From a virus (lineage: Duplodnaviria > Heunggongvirae > Uroviricota > Caudoviricetes): DNA of 64,000 nt. This document shows positions 8,652 to 16,504 of this stretch, in pieces. The stretch lies in IMG/VR virus record IMGVR_UViG_3300029705_006930; one strand, 5' to 3'. The position numbers were made by a program, and so were the translations under genes. The stretch's first letter is position 1; the number at the start of each line of letters is the position of its first letter. Under the pieces are notes generated by a model. That model did no database searches. It was not told the DNA's origin and saw only the letters and a program-made list of their open reading frames with translations.

Positions 8652-8975
8652 ATGGAAGGAAAATTTTTGCTCAATCAGTACACAATTCTGATTGATAAAC
8701 ACGAACTTGCTGAACGCATTGCCGAGTGCGAAAGCACCGCTGTGCTCGAATGTGAACTTATCAACCGCGCCACAACTATGCAACCACAGATACTGCGTAG
8801 TGAAAATAGCTACAGAGAAGCAACAGAACACCACATATATTATCGCAACTCAATTAGCCTTGAACGCAATGCATATAAGGTCACTGTTGTTGGTCTGCAC
8901 AGTCCCGACGGGCTTGAAGAATATGCTATGTTCAACAACACCTTGCGAGATGTCTATATTTCGCTCAAGACATAG
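8652..8975 (+). CDS. hypothetical protein
   Basis: AAAGGGAGAAAACT RBS; 107 aa. Confidence 0.45.
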   Translation: MEGKFLLNQYTILIDKHELAERIAECESTAVLECELINRATTMQPQILRSENSYREATEHHIYYRNSISLERNAYKVTVVGLHSPDGLEEYAMFNNTLRDVYISLKT

Positions 8976-9172
8976 GCGAGCGATTGACAAGCAAAATTTT
9001 TTAGCATAAAATACAACCAATGGTTGTTAATATGCAAATATGCAATAGTTTTGCATAAATATTCATATGCAAAATGTCAACTTTGTGCACTTTGTACAGT
9101 TGATATTTCCATATATTACCAGCAACCAAGCGGTAATGTATACGTTATGATATATGAAAAGGGGGATTAAAT

Positions 9173-9622
9173 ATGGAAATTGAAAATGTAAATAAAAAGT
9201 CGGAGAAAACAACTCAGTATTACAAGGTAAGAGTAATCATATATAGACGTTTGCTGTTTGGATATTATGAAACTTACACAAATTTGATTGATGATGCAGT
9301 ACAGACTGCTGTCACTCAGATGTCGCCAGAGATAATGCATCAAATGTTAGGTGGCAAAGAATACAGTAAATTTTGTAAATGTGTTTATGATATCAAAGGG
9401 TGTAGATGCTATGACATTAATGATGCTCAGGGAATATATTGCTATATTGATTGTGTTGAACAGCCCCGAAAAGATATTGCAAGACAAATTGGTTGGCTTG
9501 AATGTCATTGCAAAGATGATAAAGAAAAAGCATTGCGCAAACATCTGCTTACAATAATCGATACATCAAGAATGAAAGATGGCTTGCGACCAATGTTTGC
9601 CAAACAAATATTAAAATTTTGA
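9173..9622 (+). CDS. hypothetical Cys-rich protein (paralog of 9640 gene)
   Basis: AAAAGGGGGATTAAAT RBS. Shares YYETYTNLIDDA segment with the next ORF (YYRTYTNTIDEA). Very AT-rich. Confidence 0.45.
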   Translation: MEIENVNKKSEKTTQYYKVRVIIYRRLLFGYYETYTNLIDDAVQTAVTQMSPEIMHQMLGGKEYSKFCKCVYDIKGCRCYDINDAQGIYCYIDCVEQPRKDIARQIGWLECHCKDDKEKALRKHLLTIIDTSRMKDGLRPMFAKQILKF

Positions 9623-9639
9623 TAACGAGGTAAACAATT

Positions 9640-10038
9640 ATGGCAAATTCTATAAATGATGAAAAAGTAGTCAAAGTAGAAATGATAAAAAAATTACCTA
9701 ATCATTTTGCTTATTATAGAACATATACTAATACAATTGATGAAGCACAGAAAATAATGATAACAGATACGTACAATAGTATTTTGTATTGTATGATGAA
9801 TTATAAATCAGCGAGAACTATATTAAAACCGGGAGAAATTCATTGTTATACTTTGCATAACCTTCGTGGAAGTTGGTGTTGGTGTTCCATTGTTTCTAAA
9901 GAAGATGCTAATAATAATCCAGCAACAGAAGTAGATATCCCATCACTTAATCAAGAAGACATTGATAATTATTGGCATATAATATGTAAATTTGTAAAGC
10001 AACATAACAAAGAATTTAAGGAACAAATATTTGGTTAA
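9640..10038 (+). CDS. hypothetical protein (paralog of 9173 gene)
   Basis: Tandem paralogy with the upstream ORF; 132 aa. Confidence 0.45.
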   Translation: MANSINDEKVVKVEMIKKLPNHFAYYRTYTNTIDEAQKIMITDTYNSILYCMMNYKSARTILKPGEIHCYTLHNLRGSWCWCSIVSKEDANNNPATEVDIPSLNQEDIDNYWHIICKFVKQHNKEFKEQIFG

Positions 10039-10042
10039 ATAT

Positions 10043-10069
10043 AGCACTCATACTGAGTGCTCTTTTTAT
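10043..10069 (+). terminator. rho-independent terminator
   Basis: AGCACTCA-TAC-TGAGTGCT perfect hairpin followed by CTTTTTAT, 5 nt after stop. Confidence 0.55.
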
Positions 10070-10087
10070 ATAAAAAGGAGGTCAACT

Positions 10088-10339
10088 ATGAAAAATGTAA
10101 TTAGTCCAAACAATCACCTTGGTGATACAGCAGAACAGGCTCTTGCCAATGCAATCATTGTTAAGGCTGCTGAAGACTATCGTGCTGCAAAAACAATCTT
10201 GCAGAAACAGCCGGACAATAAGGGAGCACTGATTGAAATTGACAGTCTGCTGAAATTTTTCCGCAGTGATTGGTTTAAAGTACTCACAAAAGTCAAGGCT
10301 GAATTTCTTATCAGCAAACTTGATGCTGAATTTGCATAA
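10088..10339 (+). CDS. hypothetical protein
   Basis: AAAAGGAGGTCAACT RBS before internal ATG; 83 aa. Confidence 0.4.
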   Translation: MKNVISPNNHLGDTAEQALANAIIVKAAEDYRAAKTILQKQPDNKGALIEIDSLLKFFRSDWFKVLTKVKAEFLISKLDAEFA

Positions 10340-10481
10340 GGGGGCGGTACCAATGAAAATAAAACGTAAGCTCCTGAGGGCAATCCGCAAAACATACAAA
10401 CACTTGCACTATGCTTTTTGGGATGTATGCAATGCAGACTACTAATGTCACACACAATATGAGCAAAGGGGGAGAATAAAA

Positions 10482-11450
10482 ATGTTCACCAATATGACAG
10501 AGTTTGTGCGAGCGTACAGACAGGGCTGTCGATTTTTATATGCATCATTTGGTTTTGATTTTTCAAAGCCAGTAATTTTTTACAAGACGCGAGGGCCGAT
10601 AACAATTCGCAAACTGGTGCAAAACATTGGCATCTCACACGAGACACATAAAATCGTTATGATAATGCAACAGCCAAATGCAGGACGCACTTGGGAGCGG
10701 AGTCCAAGACTTATAGAAATAAATGCAGAAAACAATTTTGAAATCAATAATTTTAGGCGCAACTATTCTGACCGTCGTATCTCGTATCTGTTTGATAATT
10801 TTAACAGAAAAATAGATGCAAACACTTGGCGTCGTCTAGAAGAAACTATAATTTGGGTTGTAGCTCAACGCAAAGAGCATATTAAAGAAGCACAACCATA
10901 TAGAACACAGCCACAGCCAGAACCATATGTGCGTTATCAGCCGTATACATTGCGCAGTGCTACTAGTTACTCAAGTATAACATTGATACCATATGACAGA
11001 AACAAAGTGTCTGTTTATAAAGGTTTTCAGCCCGGAAAATGGCCACATAAATTGTCAGAAATACAAGACAAAAATGGCTACTACATATATGATATGCGCA
11101 CCAAGTATGCCAACAAAGTAGAAGAAATAAAAGCACAGCGTCGCAAACGCTTGGTTGACAATTATCCCTTTGACGGTATTATTGAAAAGTTTGAAGCTGA
11201 ATATATGGCAGCCAAAAATGAAGTAGCATATTGTATTTTATCGACAGATAACTATACAGTATTGTCTTTAGCTTCGACCGCATTGGGATACATATCATCG
11301 ACGAATAATGCAATCAATACGTTTAAATATCAGGTACAGAAGAAAGTATTCAAAGATATGGACGAAGCCAAACGACGTCGTGCAGATGTTGAAAATAAAA
11401 TAGTTTCGATGAAACGCAGTGTTGCAAATATGCGTTCAACAATGTACTAA
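10482..11450 (+). CDS. hypothetical protein
   Basis: AAAGGGGGAGAATAAAA RBS; 322 aa with no recognised motif. Confidence 0.5.
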   Translation: MFTNMTEFVRAYRQGCRFLYASFGFDFSKPVIFYKTRGPITIRKLVQNIGISHETHKIVMIMQQPNAGRTWERSPRLIEINAENNFEINNFRRNYSDRRISYLFDNFNRKIDANTWRRLEETIIWVVAQRKEHIKEAQPYRTQPQPEPYVRYQPYTLRSATSYSSITLIPYDRNKVSVYKGFQPGKWPHKLSEIQDKNGYYIYDMRTKYANKVEEIKAQRRKRLVDNYPFDGIIEKFEAEYMAAKNEVAYCILSTDNYTVLSLASTALGYISSTNNAINTFKYQVQKKVFKDMDEAKRRRADVENKIVSMKRSVANMRSTMY

Positions 11451-11500
11451 AGCGCAAGCTTAAAATAAAAAATTTTATTCACATGAAGGAGAACACAACA

Positions 11501-11866
11501 ATGAATGATTTTATTCAGATGGCAGAAAATCTTATGAGAGAAAATGCTGAACTCAGAGCAGAAAATGCGCGCTATAGAGAGCGCTTGAACGAGGCGCACG
11601 AAGTGACTGCGCCAATTGAACCGCAGAAATGTCTGCGTGATATCATCGCACCACTTGTGGAAAAATACGATGACAAAACAATTCACAATGTAAGCACATT
11701 CCGTCGTGTCTATGAAGAAATGGACATTGACTGGTCGGCTGAAGTTGTGAACTGTATTAAGGCACACAACCTGACACGTATTCCACATAAGGCATACATA
11801 GTAGAAGTTTCACCAGTTTTGACCGCCGAGTTTGAACGCGTGGTGCATTTGCTCTTGGCACAGTAA
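11501..11866 (+). CDS. hypothetical protein (coiled-coil N-terminus)
   Basis: GAAGGAGAAC RBS before the second ATG; 121 aa. Confidence 0.45.
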   Translation: MNDFIQMAENLMRENAELRAENARYRERLNEAHEVTAPIEPQKCLRDIIAPLVEKYDDKTIHNVSTFRRVYEEMDIDWSAEVVNCIKAHNLTRIPHKAYIVEVSPVLTAEFERVVHLLLAQ

Positions 11867-11952
11867 AGGAGAATACATATGAAAAAGATTTTTTAATTTT
11901 TTAAAAAAAGCTATTGACAAATTGATATGTAAAGTGTATTATGTAGTTGAAA

Positions 11953-12080
11953 TAACATACAGCTCATCTTTTTGAGACTGCTTTATTTTTTACAATAATA
12001 ACATACAAATCATCTTTTGTAGCTTTTAATCCTTGATTAAGGAAATATTTTTTTTAAGCAAATAACACACAAATCATCTG
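11953..12080 (+). promoter_or_regulatory. three direct copies of the ~20-nt motif ATAACA(T/C)ACA(A/G)(A/C)TCATCT(TTT); same motif recurs at 39955-40031
   Basis: Copies at 11953-11974, 11998-12018, 12062-12080 in a 230-bp AT-rich gap upstream of the 12099 small ORF and the Ubl/E1/JAB cassette. Confidence 0.4.
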
Positions 12081-12098
12081 TCAAAAGGAGAAATTGCA

Positions 12099-12224
12099 AT
12101 GTTACGTATTGTTAATGATAGGGGACACCTCCTCGCATATTGCGGAAACAAATTTCTTGTTTCGGCAGACAACGAGCGCGAAATGCAAAAAGAACTTGCA
12201 GAGCTCGGTTACACAATGACATAA
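12099..12224 (+). CDS. small hypothetical protein (41 aa)
   Basis: AAAAGGAGAAATTGCA RBS; MLRIVNDRGHLLAYCGNKFLVSADNEREMQKELAELGYTMT. Not in ORF track because below 60 aa. Confidence 0.35.
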   Translation: MLRIVNDRGHLLAYCGNKFLVSADNEREMQKELAELGYTMT

Positions 12225-12280
12225 AGGCAAGCCGGCCTTTATATATACAAACACTATTTTTTATAAAAGGAGATTTTAAA

Positions 12281-12727
12281 ATGGCAAAACTTAATCTTAC
12301 AGCAAATGTGCTGTCCCTTGAATCCGCACTTAAACTCGAAGATATCAAAAACGCAATGCGTTGGTGTCCAGATGCTCTCACAGTTATGGACGAAAAAGGC
12401 GAAGAAGAACTCTTCTCTGTTGCTGCAGGTACTTCAAAAGGTTATATCTCACCATACGGCATCACATTTGCTGCTGCAACAGTTCGTGGTGGTAAAGCTT
12501 GCTACACACGCGAAGTTGCACCAGGCACAGAAATGAAAGATATTGCTGAAGTTGTGCTCGCTGAATATGACAAACCAAAAGCATATCTTGAAGTTGTTGA
12601 AGCTCAGGTTGCTGAAGCTCTCGCAAAAGTTGCTGAACGTAGAACAGCTATTATGGCTGAACTTGCTGGCGAATGCGAATGTCCAGACTGCACACCAGAC
12701 TGTCCAACAGCACAGGGCGAAGAATAA
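12281..12727 (+). CDS. hypothetical protein, first gene of the Ubl/E1/JAB cassette (PRTRC protein E position)
   Basis: AAAAGGAGATTTTAAA RBS at internal ATG of ORF 12140..12727. Codon usage markedly more biased and GC-richer than neighbours. C-terminal CECPDCTPDC Cys cluster. Confidence 0.5.
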   Translation: MAKLNLTANVLSLESALKLEDIKNAMRWCPDALTVMDEKGEEELFSVAAGTSKGYISPYGITFAAATVRGGKACYTREVAPGTEMKDIAEVVLAEYDKPKAYLEVVEAQVAEALAKVAERRTAIMAELAGECECPDCTPDCPTAQGEE

Positions 12728-12850
12728 TCTTCGCCCAACCTAAACAAACTTATCCGCAATTTAACCCAATATTTTCCATTAACATTAACAAACTTTTAAA
12801 CCGAAATCGTTAACAAACAAACTTAAACACATAAAAGGAGATTAAATATT

Positions 12851-13078
12851 ATGCTTAGAATTTATGTTGGTACAAACACAAACCGTACAGCTTACACACT
12901 TTCCCCAGAAACAACCCTCAGAGCAGCTTTTGAAACTGCAGGCGTGAACTATGAAATGGGTACCGCAACTCTTGATGGTTCCACACTTCAGCCGGGCGAC
13001 CTTGACAAGTCTTTTGCAGACTTCGGCATCACAGGTACAGCTTACCTCCTGAGCATTGTTAAAGCAAACAACGCTTAA
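12851..13078 (+). CDS. small beta-grasp (ThiS/MoaD/ubiquitin-like) protein candidate
   Basis: 75 aa; MLRIYVGTN...TLDGSTLQPGDLDKSFADFGI pattern typical of ThiS/MoaD-type beta-grasp proteins. Ends ...SIVKANNA with no terminal GG. Strong RBS; high-expression codon bias. Confidence 0.45.
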   Translation: MLRIYVGTNTNRTAYTLSPETTLRAAFETAGVNYEMGTATLDGSTLQPGDLDKSFADFGITGTAYLLSIVKANNA

Positions 13079-13094
13079 TTGATTTTACCTATAG

Positions 13095-13116
13095 GGGCGG
13101 GAGCAATCCTGCCCCA
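13095..13116 (+). promoter_or_regulatory. GC-rich hairpin between Ubl-like gene and downstream genes (possible attenuator)
   Basis: GGGGCGGGAG-CAATC-CTGCCCC stem-loop 17 nt after stop, followed by a weak A/T tract. Confidence 0.3.
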
Positions 13117-13139
13117 ATCTTTAAAGAGAGGAGCTCAGT

Positions 13140-14540
13140 ATGGCACACACATTTAAAAAATGGATGATAAAAGCCATTCCATATGACAACTTGTTTGACA
13201 TATCGGTGGACTTTGAGAATCCATTCCCGACCGATAATCGTCGCGATGCTACACTCGCGGCTGCATTTCACTGTTTGATTAAAGACAGAATTCCAGAGGG
13301 GGTTAATCGCATTGTAGTGCGTGATATCCACTCATATGACTGCAACGTGAGAGACATTTTTGACTATTATGAGGTTGAAAATGGTTTCAAAAGTTGTATT
13401 TTTTACTACGCAGATTGGGACAATGTGAATCTGCAGAGCAAAATTACATTGCCAAATGAATGGGAAGCTCAGGAAATTGCAAGCAAATTTACTGGATGTT
13501 ATGTTACAAATCACGTATCAAAACAATTGATGGTTATCTTTATTCCGAGCAACTATAACCTTGAAACTTGGCATAGACTTGGTGCATTGTTACCAAAATA
13601 TCCAGTGCTCGAGGATATGTGGGCAGCAAAACCACTTACCGAAGATGAACTCAAGATGTTGAAATCACTGTCAACAGACGGTGTAGATTTTGACACATAT
13701 ATAAAAGCGTGGATTGCGACACTCGACCTGCGCACATCCGCAATCAAAAAAATGTTCAACAAATTCATTATTGATAACATCGAGGAACAGATACGCAATG
13801 CCGAAGATAGACGTAGAAGCCTTGAAAACAATATCACAGACTATGCTGCGAGACTGGCAAGGCTGTATAGCGACCTTGACGGTGTTATTGAAATGATAAA
13901 CCGTCTTATGATAGGTGATGACACTGTTGAAGAAAAAGAAAAGAGACTTATCGAATTCTTGTTAACAAACAAAAATGTTGAGCCAATCAGACGTCGCAAT
14001 GACCGCGTTGAATTCAATGTTCACGCAGCAATTGACTGTTGGGATAACGATATGTTCTCATCTTATATCAATAATCACAACAGTTTATTGTATCGCCATA
14101 CAAGCAGATATTCATATGACCAGTTGAAACGTTTTTATGAGCAGGCATTGTTTGCCGGTCGCTTTAAAATTCAGGGCATTGCTAAATTTGAAATTGCAGC
14201 AACAGGTAATGTGAGACCAATTTCAAAAAATGGGCATTGGCCATCAGCTGAAATCGAAAACTGTATTCCAAATACACATGTGGATAAATTCACTTGTATT
14301 GGTAATCACAGACGTATGCTGGATGATGCTGCAAAAATTCGTGACTATGAACAGGCAATTTTGATTGCTATTCAGATTACACAGTCAGTTAACTGGTCGG
14401 ATGGTGCAGTTATGAATCACTTTATTCCTGAAGTGTTGCACTGTGAACGTCCAATTCTTACAGACAGAACAGGCAATACATACACTGTTGCACAGGTAAT
14501 AAGCATACTTGATGCCGAAATAAAGGAGGTTGAAAAATAA
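13140..14540 (+). CDS. hypothetical 466-aa protein of Ubl/E1/JAB cassette (PRTRC protein B position; possible E2-like or adaptor)
   Basis: AAAGAGAGGAGCTCAGT RBS. Stop overlaps start of JAB gene (ATAATG). No motif recognised by eye. Confidence 0.5.
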   Translation: MAHTFKKWMIKAIPYDNLFDISVDFENPFPTDNRRDATLAAAFHCLIKDRIPEGVNRIVVRDIHSYDCNVRDIFDYYEVENGFKSCIFYYADWDNVNLQSKITLPNEWEAQEIASKFTGCYVTNHVSKQLMVIFIPSNYNLETWHRLGALLPKYPVLEDMWAAKPLTEDELKMLKSLSTDGVDFDTYIKAWIATLDLRTSAIKKMFNKFIIDNIEEQIRNAEDRRRSLENNITDYAARLARLYSDLDGVIEMINRLMIGDDTVEEKEKRLIEFLLTNKNVEPIRRRNDRVEFNVHAAIDCWDNDMFSSYINNHNSLLYRHTSRYSYDQLKRFYEQALFAGRFKIQGIAKFEIAATGNVRPISKNGHWPSAEIENCIPNTHVDKFTCIGNHRRMLDDAAKIRDYEQAILIAIQITQSVNWSDGAVMNHFIPEVLHCERPILTDRTGNTYTVAQVISILDAEIKEVEK

Positions 14541-15475
14541 TGAAACCAATAAGATTGACCGATGATGTAAAAGCGGCTATTCTTGATAAATTTGCAAAAC
14601 AGCTGAGCACGGTTGTACGTGCTTCAACTATTACATTCACACATACGCCAACAGTGGTAAGCACACCGTTAGGCAAAGATGAAAAAGTGCTGATTACTTA
14701 TACAGCAGAAGCATTCCGCAAGCAGCAGATGCTTATTCAGAGTTTTGACAGTGAAGTGGCTTGGCACGGTGTTGTTGAACGTGAAGATGCAAAGCATTTT
14801 ATTATTACAGATATCGTAGTATATCCCCAGACTGTTACCGGCTCAACTGTTGAGATGGACGAAGACAAATATGCTCTTTGGACAATTCAGTTCGGTCGTG
14901 AACACGGCGAAGAAACATTCCAGAAACTGCGTATGCAGGGACATAGCCACGTGAATATGGAATGTTTTGCAAGTGGTACAGACTCTAAACACCAGGATGA
15001 CATCTTGGCAACAACTGACCCAAATGGGTTCTATATTTTCATTATTGCCAATAAAAAAGGCAAATTCTGGAGCACTATTTTCGACCTCGAAGCAAATGTT
15101 CAGTATGAAAATGCTGACATCGAAATCGAGTATGAGGAAGATGAGTACGATGAATTTGTAAGTGCAGCAGAAAGTGTGGTTGTAAAAAAGACTTATACAC
15201 CACCTTACAACTATGGCAATGGCTATCACAACAACGGAGCAGGGTATTCATACGGGGCAAGCGCTTATTCTCAGAAGCCACCTCAGACTCCGCCTATGCC
15301 AGTGCTTCCGACAAATACACAGCCAAAAACAAGCACAAACGAAACAAACACAAAGGCAAACACAAACACAAAAAAGGACGATAAATCCATTGAAGAAGAT
15401 ATCACCAATCTTATTCAGATGTCATTGAACGATATGGAATGGGATGAAGTTGGTGGATGGACAAGCAAAATGTAA
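14540..15475 (+). CDS. JAB/MPN (JAMM) metallopeptidase-domain protein with Tyr/Gly/Asn-rich low-complexity C-terminal region
   Basis: HSHVNMECFASGTD matches the JAMM motif H-x-H-x7-S-x2-D, with upstream Glu residues. C-terminal 110 aa low complexity, ending ...NDMEWDEVGGWTSKM. Confidence 0.6.
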   Translation: MKPIRLTDDVKAAILDKFAKQLSTVVRASTITFTHTPTVVSTPLGKDEKVLITYTAEAFRKQQMLIQSFDSEVAWHGVVEREDAKHFIITDIVVYPQTVTGSTVEMDEDKYALWTIQFGREHGEETFQKLRMQGHSHVNMECFASGTDSKHQDDILATTDPNGFYIFIIANKKGKFWSTIFDLEANVQYENADIEIEYEEDEYDEFVSAAESVVVKKTYTPPYNYGNGYHNNGAGYSYGASAYSQKPPQTPPMPVLPTNTQPKTSTNETNTKANTNTKKDDKSIEEDITNLIQMSLNDMEWDEVGGWTSKM

Positions 15476-15484
15476 GGAGAAATT

Positions 15485-16174
15485 ATGGACTTAAGTAAAT
15501 CACTTGACTGGTTTAATCCAGACAGCGTTTCGGAACGCATACATATTATCGGATGCGGTAGTGTAGGTAGTACAGTTGTGGAACTGTTGGCAAGATTCGG
15601 TCTTACAAAGTTCACTCTGTATGATTTTGACCTTGTTGAACCTCACAATATCGCAAACCAGATGTTCAGAAAAACGGACATTGGTAAAACAAAAGTTGAA
15701 GCATTGCAGCAGATTGTATGTGAAATCAATCCAGAGGCGGGCAAAGATATTAAACTTGAACCAGAAGGTTGGCACGGACAGCAGTTGTCTGGCTATGTAG
15801 TTCTTGCTGTTGATAGCATTGAATTGCGTAAAAAGATTTGTGAAGGTTTGCAGATGAATATCTTTGTTAAAGCTGTGTTTGATTTCCGTACAAGTTTGCT
15901 CAACGCACAGCATTATGCAGCCAATTGGCAGGACAAAAAACATCGTGATGACCTCATTGCAACAATGCAGTTCACCGATGAAGAAGCTGCGGCTGAAAAC
16001 CCAGTATCAGCGTGTGGTGTAACACTTGGTGTCGCACCAACAGTAAGACTGATATGCACACTAGGCGTAAGCAATATGATGAACTTTTTCAGAGAAAAGA
16101 AATTGAAAAAAGTTGTATTGGCAGACGCATTTAATTTTGATGCTGACCCTATGGTATTACCTATGGGTCAATAA
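15485..16174 (+). CDS. ThiF/MoeB/HesA-family E1-like adenylyltransferase
   Basis: IIGCGSVGS Rossmann GxGxxG; YDFDLVEPHNIANQMF (D-x-D...N-x-x-R-Q-like) signature of ThiF/E1; Cys in ENPVSACG. Confidence 0.7.
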   Translation: MDLSKSLDWFNPDSVSERIHIIGCGSVGSTVVELLARFGLTKFTLYDFDLVEPHNIANQMFRKTDIGKTKVEALQQIVCEINPEAGKDIKLEPEGWHGQQLSGYVVLAVDSIELRKKICEGLQMNIFVKAVFDFRTSLLNAQHYAANWQDKKHRDDLIATMQFTDEEAAAENPVSACGVTLGVAPTVRLICTLGVSNMMNFFREKKLKKVVLADAFNFDADPMVLPMGQ

Positions 16175-16198
16175 TACACAATAAGAGAAATGTTTATG

Positions 16199-16500
16199 GT
16201 GAATATTGCACATTGTATGGCAAGCTTTTGCTGTTAGCAGAAGTAAAGAAATGGTAGAGAACATAGAGGCAGGCGCTTAAGGAGCACGCTGAGGTGATTC
16301 CTAAGTACTGCAGCTTCTTGCATCCGACGAGCTCTGAAAAGGTAGGTTTAACAGGAGGATTGGATTACTTACAAGTGAAATTAACCAGTTCAAACCGTAA
16401 AGCTCATCTGAAATTAACGATAAATCCCAGATTTGCATCTCTTTTATCCGGGAATGAAGGGCTTAAAACTATAGCTAGACCATAAACAAGATAGGGAGGA
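16199..16500 (+). ncRNA. candidate structured ncRNA unit A, upstream of RT
   Basis: Non-coding 330-bp gap. Boxes TGAATATTGCACATTGT, TTGCTGTTAGCAG (16228), GAAATGGTAGAGA (16248), AACAGGAGGATTGG (16350), CCAGTTCA (16385) are shared with units at 17873 and 18398. Confidence 0.35.
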
Positions 16501-16504
16501 CATT

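Noticed and set aside
8319-8834. Minus-strand ORFs nested antisense to supported plus-strand genes (e.g. 748..996, 8319..8834, 14843..15229, 15500..15943, 21637..22101, 29514..30005, 51159..51458, 54888..55328)
   Set aside because: They lack RBSs and are embedded in conserved-motif genes on the other strand (E1, JAB, RT, SPFH, Pol III). They are typical AT-rich antisense artefacts, and every well-supported gene right of 4546 is on the plus strand.
11953-12080. Possible CRISPR array formed by the 20-nt repeated motif
   Set aside because: There are only 3+2 copies with irregular spacing (45, 64, 56 nt), the inter-repeat sequences are AT-rich rather than spacer-like, and no cas genes are present. 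A promoter or operator motif is the better interpretation.
12306-12743. Alternative-frame ORFs 12306..12536 and 12543..12743 inside the 12281 gene
   Set aside because: They lie out of frame with a strongly codon-biased gene that has a perfect RBS. Their translations are Leu/Gln-rich low complexity.
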